From UHGV virus genome UHGV-0364569: a stretch of 33,487 nt of DNA; one strand, given 5' to 3'. Position numbers and translations under genes: made by a program. The notes below the pieces were generated by a model that saw only the letters and a program-made list of their open reading frames with translations, made no database searches and was not told where the DNA came from. Shown here piece by piece: positions 33,467-33,487 of this stretch; within the stretch, counting starts at the first letter, position 1; the number at the start of each line of letters is the position of its first letter. This stretch comes from a virus.

Positions 33467-33487
33467 GTTACAGTGGGCGTGATGTCG

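Larger units (their letters stand above)
22..33472. mobile_element. Mu-like transposable prophage, apparently complete (~33.45 kb)
   Basis: Inverted terminal repeats: the 20-bp ATGACAGGTATCTGATATAA is present at 189-208 (+) and 33424-33443 (-); related GACAGG-containing site copies lie at 61-84, 146-168 and 33444-33466. The interior encodes Ner, a MuA-like transposase, a MuB-like ATPase, Gam and a Mu-type head module. Candidate TG/CA termini are at about 22 (TGAAAC) and about 33472 (GTTACA). Exact ends and the target-site duplication cannot be resolved from 21-nt and 15-nt flanks. Confidence 0.7.

Noticed and set aside
17-33477. 5-bp target-site duplication at the element ends
   Set aside because: The candidate flank pentamers (tggat / gtgggg-type) do not match exactly for any TG/CA terminus choice. 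The flanks of 21 and 15 nt are too short to settle this.
1-33487. CRISPR arrays, tRNA/rRNA genes, integrase/att sites
   Set aside because: No spacer-repeat periodicity, no cloverleaf-like or rRNA-like segments and no tyrosine or serine recombinase noticed. Mobility is by DDE transposition.

Overview
The window appears to hold one complete Mu-like transposable prophage of about 33.4 kb. Its ends carry inverted repeats built around ATGACAGGTATCTGATATAA, a perfect 20-bp copy at 189-208 (+) and again at 33424-33443 (-), with additional GACAGG-containing site copies at 61-84, 146-168 and 33444-33466. Candidate 5'-TG...CA-3' termini lie near 22 and 33472. Gene order, left to right, is as follows. 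(i) A lone plus-strand cargo gene (312..533) with its own palindromic operator. (ii) A long minus-strand early operon (8935 down to 589): Ner-like regulator, DUF3102 protein, MuA-like DDE transposase, MuB-like AAA+ ATPase, Gam, and about 12 small unknown 'semi-essential region' genes, many translationally coupled through ATGA overlaps; it ends in a strong hairpin terminator. (iii) A divergent AT-rich immunity island: XRE-type repressor (9012..9362) plus a single-TM moron (9369..9701). (iv) A frameshift-disrupted beta-class DNA methyltransferase (9826..10510) followed by a textbook rho-independent terminator. (v) An HTH regulator, a lysis cassette with a peptidoglycan-binding M15 endolysin, and a Mu-type head module (gp27-like TerS, TerL, DUF935 portal, gpI/Z protease-scaffold, gpT-like major capsid protein, gp36-like protein). 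(vi) A MuF (phage head-morphogenesis) protein fused to a C-terminal R-S-E-class ADP-ribosyltransferase domain (20508..21902), i.e. a probable capsid-packaged, injected toxin. It is followed by the only large non-coding gap in the late operon, which holds an antisense small basic ORF that is an immunity candidate. (vii) A tail module: tube-like protein, an 868-aa structural protein with a C-terminal BACON-like Ig domain, two chaperone-like proteins, tape-measure protein and a 722-aa tip/fiber protein. (viii) A GT-A glycosyltransferase-like gene abutting the right end, in the position Mu gives to mom. Every start codon lacks a Shine-Dalgarno sequence. Late genes share a recurrent G-poor CT-rich leader (CTCCACTCTCAAC...), early genes have A/C-rich leaders, and TAAATTTG/TAAATTTT boxes sit upstream of the methyltransferase and glycosyltransferase genes. 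Together with the BACON-like domain this points to a high-GC Bacteroidota host (inference). No rRNA, tRNA or CRISPR array was seen. The six-frame ORF track allows TTG/GTG starts. Non-ORF coordinates may be off by 1-2 nt because the sequence was read by eye.
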